Assembly (NCBI GenBank): GCA_010356995.1 | Contig: ML996691.1 | Location: forward strand, 688,174 to 752,173 | Direction: 5' to 3' | DNA length: 64,000 bases | From: Trichodelitschia bisporula | Lineage: Eukaryota | Shown here: positions 23,066-33,117 of the stretch, piece by piece | Position numbering within the stretch: position 1 is the first letter of the stretch | Layout: every line of letters begins with the position of its first letter | Made by a program: the position numbers and the translations under genes | Notes under the pieces: model-generated | What the model saw: the letters and a program-made list of their open reading frames with translations, nothing else | The model's database searches: none | Told to the model about the DNA's origin: nothing

Positions 23066-24051
23066 TCATCCCACCTTAATGTTTCCTGACGCAACCGCCC
23101 TCCCCTGAAACACACGCATCATCCACTCATACACCGCCCACTGCACCGCATTCACCACAAATGCCCGTAGGCTACATATCCCCAGGCCGCGGTAGAAAAC
23201 TGCTACGCCTTCCGTCCTATACATCTCGCCAAACACAGCCCACGCCCCCGCCTCAGGCCGCCTCCCCAGAAGACCACGCGTTTCTGGCGGCCCTCGGACC
23301 CGAGTTTGCACGCGCGTCTTCACTACGTCCAGCGGGAATATCGAAGCCCAGGTGATGATGCCCGCGAACCCACCGCAGAGGAGCACCTTGGCTATCTCCT
23401 GGCCGGAGATGCCAGTCCCAGCGTTGGTACCATCACCCGGAGCCGCGGGCGGGCGCGGAAACGCACTGTCGAAGACCCGCTTGCTCAGCTCGTAGCCGGC
23501 GAAGTAGAAGCCGTAGCCGATGGAGTCGCGGATGGCGGTCACCGTGCCTCCATGGTAGAAGCCGCGGAGACCGTCGGCGCGGAGCACGGCGCGAGCGATG
23601 CTCGCCGTAGAGGTCGGGGCGGTGGAGGAGGCGACTTGGGCGCGGCACTTGAGGAGCTCGGTTGGGGCGGAGACGACGAAGGTTGCGAGACCGCCGATGG
23701 CACCGGCGGCGAAAGTTTTGGTGAGGGAGGAGGGGGCACTGGGGCTTTCTTGTAGGAAGAGAAGGGTGCGGTTGTATGAGACGAAGAGGAGGGCATTGAG
23801 CGCGCCGTAGCCGAGGATCGGGGCGGTTGCGCCTGGGGAAATATTAGGCGTGGAAAGGAGAGATGAGTAGAAGTGAGGATACCTCGAACAAGGGTCCCAG
23901 CCTTATCAAATGTGCTTCCCCATGATTGCAGTGATGTCGCATGGACACCGGTATCGCCGGCTTGTAGGCGTGTCTTGAGCAGGTCGAGCGGGTTGCCGAT
24001 GACGATGCCTATGGCTCCGCTTAGGTAGCCGGCCCAGAAATCAGCGGACAT
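23066..24051 (-). CDS. Mitochondrial carrier family protein (SLC25A20/29/45-like carnitine or basic amino acid carrier clade)
   Basis: Three carrier signatures: PLDLLKTRLQ, PTELLKCRAQ, PLDVVKTRVQ; also RDSIGYGFYF and RAFVVNA. Intron 23833-23882. Confidence 0.9.
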
Positions 24052-24845
24052 GATGTGCCTGCGTCCGCGACAGCTAGAACTCCGCGTTCACTACGGGTAC
24101 ACTTCAGGACAGCTCGGCTCGGCTTGTTTTGTATAGCGCGACATCGGGCGTTGATATTCGCCCCTGTCATGTGAGGCTCGTACCGTAGTAGTGGCCCTGC
24201 AGGGCGGCATGGGAGTTTGTTGCCACTGTTCCTGAGGAGCGGCAAGAAAAGCCGTAAACTAATGCTACTACGGTAGATGCTCGAGTTCCCCCTCCAAAAA
24301 AAACAACCATATACAGTATCGGATATCTGATATGTCTCTCACTGCGGCAAGGCAGTAATGGCATGCATGATCTCAGAACGGAGATGAATCAGCCAGTCCT
24401 CGCGATGCTTGGGTGGGGCACCAAGCATTACATAAGTGGCAGTTGCTTGAAACTGCTGGCCCTGGCGTGAATAAAATATGCGCCGCAGCCAGTCCAATAG
24501 ACGTGCCACACTGACACTGCCACTCTGCCATCCACAATGTCCCCACGACAACCTCCTCCGCGCCTGTCCTCGTTTCCTCCCCCTCCATGCTTCCTCACCC
24601 CGCTCTCTTGCACTCCAAATTCTGAAATGCATCTACATTCCTCTGATCTTTCAACGACTAGAAGTCTGTGGAGTGGGGTTGCACTCCGCTCGTTTTATTG
24701 TTTCTGTCATTCATAGTTCGCATATTTACAACGCTTAGCGGAGTCATCGCCACAACCCCTCCTACCGCTCCTTAAACCCCCGTAGCCCTCATCTTGAAAT
24801 CCTGTCCACAGAAACGTACATGTACCACAAGCCGACACGAGACTC

Positions 24846-26603
24846 ATGAACGGGGCGACGAAGCTGGGTGCCCGGCCCGGAGGGCTTGGAGATTTCTCGA
24901 AAATCTGGGGCTTCTTGTCTGTCACTGATGAAACGGAACCGCCTCCTCTTCATCCCCATACAACGACGGCCGCGACCGCGACTGCAACCACAACAGTTGC
25001 TGCACCAGCACTCCTCAAGAAGCAGCAGCGCTCCTCACTTGGTGAGGGGCTGGCTCCCATAAACGACCAGAGCTATGATACGGATGGCGCTACATACCGC
25101 GCCCCTGCCTGCGACGGCCCTACGAAGCTCAAGCTGAACTTGCCAAACGTCAGCACAGACGATCAGTATATGTCGTCCGCGTCTGAAGCGGCTGTCGAGT
25201 CTGGCAAGACCCGCACGAAGCTCACGGCAAAGGGAGAAAAGAAAGCCCGTGCAAAGGCTAGGAAACTGGCGCGAAAGGCTGCCATGGACGTGAAGTCAGA
25301 GTCAGAAATCACCATCCTCCAGAAGCCAACACCCGCAAAGAAAGCGAGCATCCACGCCTTGCTGGGCCCGGAGCGTACGAAGCAGGCTGCTAATTCGCTT
25401 GCGACCTCACCTAAAAAGCAAAAGAAGAAGAAACAGGAGGACTCGCCCGTCACTGCCGTCTTCAACGGCCTTCAGCCTAGCGTGGACCTCGAGAAAGGCA
25501 GGCCTCGCGACGTCTTGAGTCCGTCGCAAAATCCTACGGCTCAGCATCTTCAGCAAGCGCTGGCTGCTCAGTTCCCACCTCAGGTCCCGGCCCACGTTGC
25601 TATTGCCAGCACTCCTCCACGGGTGTTGGACACTTCGTCATTCACCTCTCCCAAAAAGACCAAGAAGTTCATGATCCGTGAGAAAGATGACCGGAATCTC
25701 TTTCTCCGATTTGCGCTTATTCACAATTTCGGCGAGGACAAGCGGTGGCTGACAAGCCCAGTCCAGCTGTTGAGCCATACGCAGACACCTTCCGGCATCC
25801 ATGTTTTTATTGACTTTTCGAACATCTGGATCGGCTTTATGGAGCATCTGAAGCATCTAGCATATACCCGGCGTATCCGTTTCCCTCACAAAAACCTCTC
25901 TTTTGAGTCGCTTGTCTTTCTTCTCGAACGTGGCCGACCGGTCGGTAAGCGAGTGCTTGCTGGCTCGGCTCCCTTCCTACCTGCCTTTGAAGTGGCAGAG
26001 GCGATTGGGTACGACACCAACATCATGGAGAAAGTGTTGAAGGCGCGTGACATGAATGAGAAAGACCGCCGTCTTCTCGCCATGCGCCAACGCCCAGTTT
26101 CTTCCGTGGAACCTGCAGTTGCTGGTGGGAAGCACAACGGCGGCTCTGAAACATTGACCGTTTCTGGGCCTTCCCACCGTTACAACACGCAGGGCGACAC
26201 GCAGCCTATGGCTATTCCGCACACTCCGGGCCGCAATGGCTATGGCGTTGGGTCGTCCGTGAATAACGGCTTGCAATCCTCGCCGCCTGCCACTTTGCCC
26301 AAGTGGGTTGAGCAGGGCGTCGACGAACTACTTCATCTGAAGATGCTCGAGAGCGTCGTCGACTGCGAGGATTCGCCTGGCACAATTGTTCTAGCGACGG
26401 GGGACGCGGCGCGCGCCGAATACTCTGAGGGTTTCATGAAGATGGTGCAGCGGGCCCTGAGGAAGGGATGGAAGGTGGAGCTCGTCGCTTGGGCAAGGTC
26501 GATCAGCTCCGAGTATCGACGGCAGCCATTTGTGGAGCAGTGGCAAGGTCAGTTTCGAATCATCGAGCTGGATGATTATGCCGAATTTTTGCTGGATACA
26601 TGA
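24846..26603 (+). CDS. NYN/PIN-like domain protein with long disordered, basic N-terminus
   Basis: Intronless 585-aa ORF with IHVFIDFSNI, EQGVDELLH, IVLATGD and GWKVELVAW motifs typical of NYN/LabA-DUF88 folds. Confidence 0.8.
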   Translation: MNGATKLGARPGGLGDFSKIWGFLSVTDETEPPPLHPHTTTAATATATTTVAAPALLKKQQRSSLGEGLAPINDQSYDTDGATYRAPACDGPTKLKLNLPNVSTDDQYMSSASEAAVESGKTRTKLTAKGEKKARAKARKLARKAAMDVKSESEITILQKPTPAKKASIHALLGPERTKQAANSLATSPKKQKKKKQEDSPVTAVFNGLQPSVDLEKGRPRDVLSPSQNPTAQHLQQALAAQFPPQVPAHVAIASTPPRVLDTSSFTSPKKTKKFMIREKDDRNLFLRFALIHNFGEDKRWLTSPVQLLSHTQTPSGIHVFIDFSNIWIGFMEHLKHLAYTRRIRFPHKNLSFESLVFLLERGRPVGKRVLAGSAPFLPAFEVAEAIGYDTNIMEKVLKARDMNEKDRRLLAMRQRPVSSVEPAVAGGKHNGGSETLTVSGPSHRYNTQGDTQPMAIPHTPGRNGYGVGSSVNNGLQSSPPATLPKWVEQGVDELLHLKMLESVVDCEDSPGTIVLATGDAARAEYSEGFMKMVQRALRKGWKVELVAWARSISSEYRRQPFVEQWQGQFRIIELDDYAEFLLDT

Positions 26604-26734
26604 CCGAGGCGGCTCTGTTAAGGGATGTGGAAAAGGGTTCCAATGACCTTGACGGACGAGGAAACGGGCCGGGTGGACTTCTCTTGCAGTCTCTTCGGCG
26701 ATACCCCTGATCTTTTGCTGGTGTTTGGAAGGGT

Positions 26735-26791
<57 letters not shown>
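26735..26791 (+). repeat. Poly(G) homopolymer, 57 nt
   Basis: Uninterrupted G run about 130 nt after the stop of the NYN gene. Confidence 0.95.
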
Positions 26792-26793
<2 letters not shown>

Positions 26794-27742
26794 TGATTTG
26801 GCCTGATGCTGGGTTTCTATGTACGTGAGATAATGAATAGCGACGGATGCGGAGCAGCGGAAAGCAGGAACGAATCACTAGAACTAGAGTCTCGCTCCAT
26901 GCATGGTATGTGGTACTATGCAAGGTCACTTGTCCAATGATCAAATGCCTCCATGTTCAAATAATTCAACCTGCATTGCTTTGTGGCTATGCGCTTCGCA
27001 GTTTGGGCGTTGACTATTCGTCCAAGGACGCACCCGAGAGAAGAGAAAGGCCGAGACCTAGCAGTGAGCACCAGGGGCCCAGGGACGGGAAGGTTGAAGT
27101 CCGAATCACCAATTTATTGTCCGATCTTTGGATAGTAACAAACGCTCCAGGAATACGGCTCGCCCGAAGCCTTTGCATCTTCTAGCCCTTCTGGGCCCAG
27201 CGGTTTTCCTTCGACCATCGCCCTACCACCGTAAGCTGGTGAAGAGACGCATTGAGAAAAGGCGTACGGTAGTCATAGTTGGGTGTAAACACTACATCCG
27301 TACGGTATGCAGCGAATAAATGCTCTGATGGCACTTGCTGCAAGCAACCCATGAGCCCAAACGTAGCTGCGTGTCAGTGGCTCCCCCACAGGCGCTCCCC
27401 GCTTTATTATTTTTTTACCTGGCCTAGAGAGTGGCTGTGATAAGCTGGGATCTGCTTGAGCATGACGTAGCTCACTCTTCTGCTACCCCAGGCGCCCAGA
27501 CAACCCTCGCAAGTTGCAACTTCTCTACATCCTGTCCTTTTCCTGCGGCAAGCGCCGATCAACCCTCTTTCCGCCAGTGTCCTTGGAGGAAGGAGCGCAT
27601 GAGCTCAGCATCGGTGAGGGGTAAGATGGTCAAAACCACGTTGACAGGGACTTCGAGAGGTTGGAGATGCAGGAAGCCTTGATACTAAGGGCAGTTGCTC
27701 CGAAGTCCAACTTGGCTAGCTTTCATTTTTGCCTCTCTCTTG

Positions 27743-27838
27743 CTCTCTCTCTCTCTACTCTCTCTACTCTCTCTACTCTCTCTACTCTCTCTACTCTCTC
27801 TACTCTCTCTACTCTCTCTACTCTCTCTACTCTCTCTC
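27743..27838 (+). repeat. Tandem 9-mer (CTCTCTCTA) x9 within a CT microsatellite
   Basis: An A recurs every 9 nt from 27757 to 27829; flanked by (CT)n. Lies upstream of the Kelch gene. Confidence 0.95.
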
Positions 27839-28301
27839 CTGGCCTGCTTCTTCTTGTTCTCTCTCTCTCTCTCTCTCGTAAATCTCTTTCCCGTCCTTGT
27901 TTGACGCCCCGTAGAGTGCCTATTGCGTAGCTGGCAAAACCAAAAACAAAAACCAGGTGGTGCCGGTAATTCTCCGTAAGCCTCGATGCGGTAGATCAAC
28001 AAACCTGATGTCCCTCCCTCCCCTGCCACACAAGCATCATAACCATCTCTTCCTAAATCTTTTATGCGACCGACACCGCAATTGTCGGAACGTGCTCCTC
28101 GTTCAATGGCCTGAGACGCAACCTTCTTGAAAACCCTTTCTCCCCTTGTAACTCGTTACACGCCCACCGAACTTTGCCGCAGCAACCCACCTCCAGCCAG
28201 TCTAGAACTAGTGCACGCAGCAGCACGCAGCACTACACGCGGCACGCCACTTCAAGCTACGGCGCAGCCTGACCCGCCCGCCACCTCGTCACCTCCAGAC
28301 C

Positions 28302-30882
28302 ATGCCGACGACTGAAACTGCGACCACCACAAAACCGCGACGAACCTCTGTCTTTCATGAGATCGGACTTACTGACGAGAAATTGCACGCCCTGCCACAT
28401 TCGCTGAGACCGAGACCGCGCCCGCAGTTGAGGGTGCGCTTCAAGAGCAAGGCTGACATCTTGGGCGAGACATCCGACGACGAGTGGGAGGATGTGGATG
28501 AGAGCGACGCCGAAGAGCCAACTATTACTGCCATTATGCCGGGCCCTGGCCTATTTGCCTCTGCTCTTCGCAGCTTAGGCTTCCTCGCCCTTGTGTTTGC
28601 GCTCGTCATTGTGCCCGTCGTGCAGCAGCTTTCCGGAAGCGCGACACCATTGTTGGGCGTTAGTGCAGGGTCCGTTACCTCTAGTCGGCTGGCGAAGAGG
28701 GACAATACTCCAACCGATGTGTGCAAACGATGGAGTCAGCAAAGTGAGCTGCTTTTCTTCCCAAATGCGCAACTCAGACTGACCGCAAAGGTGCACTCGT
28801 GAACGGGACGCTATATCTTTACGGAGGCCGATCGACAACAGGTTCTAGCCAGAAGAGCAATACCTGGAGTATGGCTGTGTTTCCACCACGCGATTCCCTG
28901 CTGACAAGACGTTAGACAACGACTTTCTCAGCCTCGATCTGACAAACTCCTGGCAAATATCCAATCCTTCCTTTACAGGCCTCGCGCGCCCTTCAGGCCC
29001 TCCTCCGGTTGCCAACGGTTATCTTTGGAACTCCTATGATTCCCTTTTCCTCTACGGCGGCGAATTCTCGGATAACCCGACGGGTGACCCGACTCCTTTC
29101 TCTCTCTGGGAATATAATATCAAGGAGTCGTCGTGGAAGGAGCATAAGAGCCCGAAAACGTCGGCCGGGATAAATTCAGAAGATGCCGGACTGCCCATTG
29201 AGCGGTCTGCCGAAGGGGCAGGCTTCAGCATGGCATCGCTGGGTAGAGGTTGGTATTTCGGGGGCCACCTGGATTTTCTTACCACCGATGGGTGGTCTAT
29301 TCAAACACCGCGCGTTTATCTTAAATCATTCGTGGAGTTTACATTTCCTGGCTACACAAACAACGAACTCTCCGCCAGCAAGACTGCAGGGTCAGATGGA
29401 GCATGGCGCAATATCACTAAGGCTGGAATTCAGGATCAAGCAGGCTTCACACAGCGTGCAGATGGCTTGTTGGTATATGTCCCGGGATTTGGGAAAGAGG
29501 GGATTCTCCTCAGCCTTGGTGGTGGGACGAATGAAACCTTTGTGAGTCTTTCCTGTCAAATGTAGGCATGAGGCTAACTTTATAGACTCAAATGAATCAA
29601 GTGGACGTCTTCGATATCGCCGGCTCAACCTGGTACAGGCAAGCGACTAGCGGGAAGACCCCAAATATTCGGGTCAACCCCTGTGCAGTCGTCGCGGCCG
29701 CTCCGGAGTAAGGATAGCCGGCTCCCTTTACTGTAATATCTAACGTCGGCCAGTGGCTCGAGTTACAATGTCTACATGTTCGGCGGGCAGAATCTCATAC
29801 CTGCCGGCAGCCAGACTCAGTACGATGATATGTGGATTCTTTCCATTCCATCATTCACCTGGATTCCTGTCGATATGGGAAAGCAAGCCGTACCGTATCC
29901 TCGCGCCGGCCATACATGCAACGTCTGGGACGGCCAAATGGTTGTTGTCGGTGGGTACATCGGCCAGGATATCAGTTGCGAGAGCCCCGGTGTCTACGTG
30001 TTTAACATGTCTTCACTGGAGTGGTCGGTTCAGTTCAACAGCCTCACCGGCTCGCTTGTCCATTCTTCGGACAGCAAGGTAGCCAATCCTTTCTCTCAAC
30101 ACCCCAACCAACGCGGCACGGATCTAGGATCTGGCCTGCAGGGCAGCTACGGCTACCAAGTCCCTGCTGCCGTAATTTCGGTTATTGGCGGCTCCCCAAC
30201 CGGCGGCGCAACAATTACCGCGCCCGTCCAGTCGGCAACCTCTGGCCCCTTAGCCTCCGGCAGACCCATCACCTACACGGTTACCGGCCCCAACGGCGCG
30301 GTTATCACCGAAACCGGTGTGCCAGGGCAGTACTCGGGCAGTAGCGGTGGGGGAGGAGGGAAGCCCAACATTGGCGCAATCGTCGCAGGTGTTGTGGCGG
30401 GCTTGTTCTTCCTCATTGCGGTCTACCTCGCCTTCTGCGCCATGATTTACCGCAAGCAGCTCCATTTGTACAAGGCGCATGTAGCGGCGACTCAGCGGGC
30501 GGCCGCGAATAAGGATCACGGCGACACCATTGCAGACGGGTTTTGGGCCGGCCCGATCGCACCCGGCTCAGGCGCGGCTTCGGCGGGGCGGTCGAGCTGG
30601 CAACAGCGGTTTGGTGGCAAGACGAGCTCGGAAGGGAGCACGGGGTTTGCAGGAGGTGCAGGGCTGGCGCAGCAGAGCGGCGGGAGTGCAAGTCAGAGCC
30701 AGAGCCAGCCTAGCAGCGGGACCGCTGGGGTTGGCGATAGTGGGGGTGGACTCGGAAGGGCAAGTAGCGAGGCCGGGAGCAGTTCGGAGGACTTGCTTGA
30801 AGGACAAGAGCCGAGCTTTTGGGGGTGGAATGGCGTACTGCTAAATCCGAGGCGGAGCTTGAGGGTTGTAAATCGGGATTAA
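28302..30882 (+). CDS. Membrane-anchored Kelch-repeat (beta-propeller) protein
   Basis: TLYLYGG, SLFLYGGEF, GWYFGGHLD, LLSLGGG, VYMFGG, MVVVGGY repeats; C-terminal TM IGAIVAGVVAGLFFLIAVYLAFCAMIYRK. Introns 28744-28790, 28869-28915, 29542-29585, 29708-29753. Confidence 0.88.
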
Positions 30883-31150
30883 GGGAGTTGAGCGTTGGTT
30901 TGATTTAGCTCATTCGCCTGTGTTCGGCAGAGATACCATCTTGTTGGAGGCGTGGTTTGTTAGGGTTAGGTTTGGCTTGCCTGCTGGTAAGTGGACTTGA
31001 TGATGGACGGTATATAGGACCATTGACGCAGCTTACGAAGTAATGTCTAGAAGTATTGTACATGATGCGTCTCTACACGGTAGTATTAGAGCTGACTCCA
31101 CGACGGAATTTGCCGTCCAGCCTCAATGACTACCCAAAAGCTGAAAACCC

Positions 31151-32877
31151 CTACTCCTCATTAGTAAAATCGAACTCCGCAAAAGCCTCCTTAAACGCCT
31201 CCGCATCCGCCGTCTCCTCATCAACGCTCTGCCCACACGCCCTCCAATCCGCCCTCCCCTCAACGCCCAACAGTTTGGCGAGCACTCGCCGGCCAAACTG
31301 CAAATCACGAAACCTGTCATCGAGCACGAGGTGCTGCTCCTTCTCATCTCCCGTAGCCGGATCCCACACCCACACCCGGAACACATCCGCGCCCTCGGCA
31401 TCTGCGCCCGGCGGACCCGCGACTACGGCTCCGTGTCCCTCGTTCTCGGCTTCGACCTTGAAGGCTGCGCTCACAAGCCCCTTGGTTACCAGGTCTGCGG
31501 GGATGGGAATAAACTGCCAGTGCGCGTGCACACCGGCCGCGCGGTCTAGAGCGAAGGTCACGGCCGCGGTGCGGGGGGCGCGGGATTTCAGGAGGGCGTG
31601 CACCGCGTGGCGGTAGCGTGTCATTTCGGCCACAGTGTCGGAGGGGAGGGAGGGGATGGTAGGACTGTGCGCGAGGGGGATGATGAGCATGTGTCCTGGG
31701 AAGGGGAGGGAGGTTGAGTCTTTTGGTGGGAGGGGGCCTTTGGCTGTGGTGAGATAGGATTCGCTCCCGATGCTGGTTATCAGGTGGGTTGCGATTGATG
31801 GGTTGGAGAGGCAGAAGAAGCACTCGCTTTGGCTTGGGGGTGGGGCGCGGCGCCGCTTTGGCCCGCCGCGGTATCCGGCGCTGGTAGCTGGGTTGGCGAA
31901 GCGGTAGGATTGCTGCTCTGGGAGGGGGCGCTTGCGGCTGGATGAGAGGGGTGAGCTGGTGGTGCTGGAGGGGAGGGTGATGGGTGCGGCAGCGGTGGGG
32001 TCGAGCGTGAAGGCGTATATCCATTTCTGCTTGTCGGGGTTGGCGAACGGTGCGAGGCTGATGAAGCGCGTGATGGCGAAGGTGTCTGGGTTTGCCTCCG
32101 AGGAGGGGTGGGCGAAGGGTTCGCGCTCATAGAAGGCATTGGAGGGGGAGAAGTGATAGCGAGGCTTGAGGGCGATGGCTAGGTCTGCGATGGACGGGTG
32201 GCCGGTGGGCGAGGAGTCGGAGGCGTAGGGCGCTTGGGAGCCTTTGCGGATGTCGATCGGCCAGTCAGTTGTCACAAGGATGTCGGCTGCATTTGCGCCG
32301 CGGAGGCTCCGTGCGTCAGTTTCTGAGTACGTGGGCGCATATGAATCTTTTGAGAGGCTGTCGAGGGCTGGGTCATGCGTGCCGCCCAGGGCGACGAGCT
32401 TGATGCCGTCGGAGGTCTTGGTCGTCGTGCGCTTGCCGAGGAAGAAGAGGTTGGGACAGAGTTCGCCTTCGGAGGAATCGAGTTTGTCGATGACGGTGGG
32501 GGGAAGGGGGTGGGAGCCGAGTGCGAAATAGGTTGTCAGCGGGACGGAGATGGTGCCGTCGATGAGCCTTTGAATACTGGCGGTCTCTTCGGAGCTGGCG
32601 CTGGTGGGGTCGGAGAAGAGGTTGCCCGTGATGAGGGCGAATGAGAATGCATTTTTTGCGTGGAGTGTCCCAAGTTTTTGGAATAGAGATTCAAGCTGGC
32701 CGTTGACATCTCCGATGGCAACACTAAAGACATGTCAGTAGGGGCGATATCAGAATACAGCTGCAAAGTCAATGATTGAAGAGGACTGAGTTATGATGCA
32801 AAATGTTCAGAAACTGGATCTAGAAAGAGAACGACGGTATATAGCACAAAATACACTTACATTTTAGCGGCGGACAT
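31151..32877 (-). CDS. DRN1: CwfJ-domain protein (Drn1/CWF19L1, debranching-enzyme-associated)
   Basis: MSAAKI|VAIGDVNG metallophosphoesterase-like start, LKPRYHF, FYEREPF, CFFCLSNP, LTTAKGPL, HAHWQFIP, DLQFGRRVLA, DWRAC. Intron 32724-32860. Confidence 0.9.
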
Positions 32878-33117
32878 GTTTTCGTGAAGCCTAGAAGACG
32901 CAGTCAAATGTTTGGAGATGGTCCCGCAAGTGGTGGTTAGTTTGAAGCTTTCGGCTGAATGCCCGAGGCAGCCTTGCATGCGCCACCCCGCAGCCGGCCC
33001 CACAATTTTCCGTCGAAACCTTGCCGCATGGAAACTTTTTGGATGGCGGCGGAGACGAAGTGAACGCGACAAAACAAACAACGCCGCCGCCAACCTCTCT
33101 TTCTTTGGGGTGTCAAT
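32878..33117. promoter_or_regulatory. Short divergent (probably bidirectional) promoter between DRN1 and UTP20
   Basis: The start codons of the head-to-head genes are only 240 bp apart. Confidence 0.6.

Noticed and set aside
6411..24051. Polyamine gene cluster (antizyme, DHA1 transporter, mitochondrial carrier)
   Set aside because: Substrates of the two transporters cannot be assigned from sequence, and unrelated genes intervene.
26618..26944. Poly-Pro and poly-Gly ORFs
   Set aside because: They are translations of the poly(G) tract.
27661..28029. ORFs with (STL)n, (SLL)n and (RES)n repeats
   Set aside because: They are translations of the 9-mer minisatellite.
30959..30970. GTTAGGGTTAGG, two telomere-like repeats (CCTAACCCTAAC on the minus strand) as an alternative TER template
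   Set aside because: It lies in a 270-bp gap between convergent genes with no room or structure for a long RNA, and is too short to call an interstitial telomere.
32724..32860. 137-nt DRN1 intron as a C/D snoRNA host
   Set aside because: The C-like and D-like words are mostly on the antisense strand, and no complete C/D pair with terminal stem is visible.
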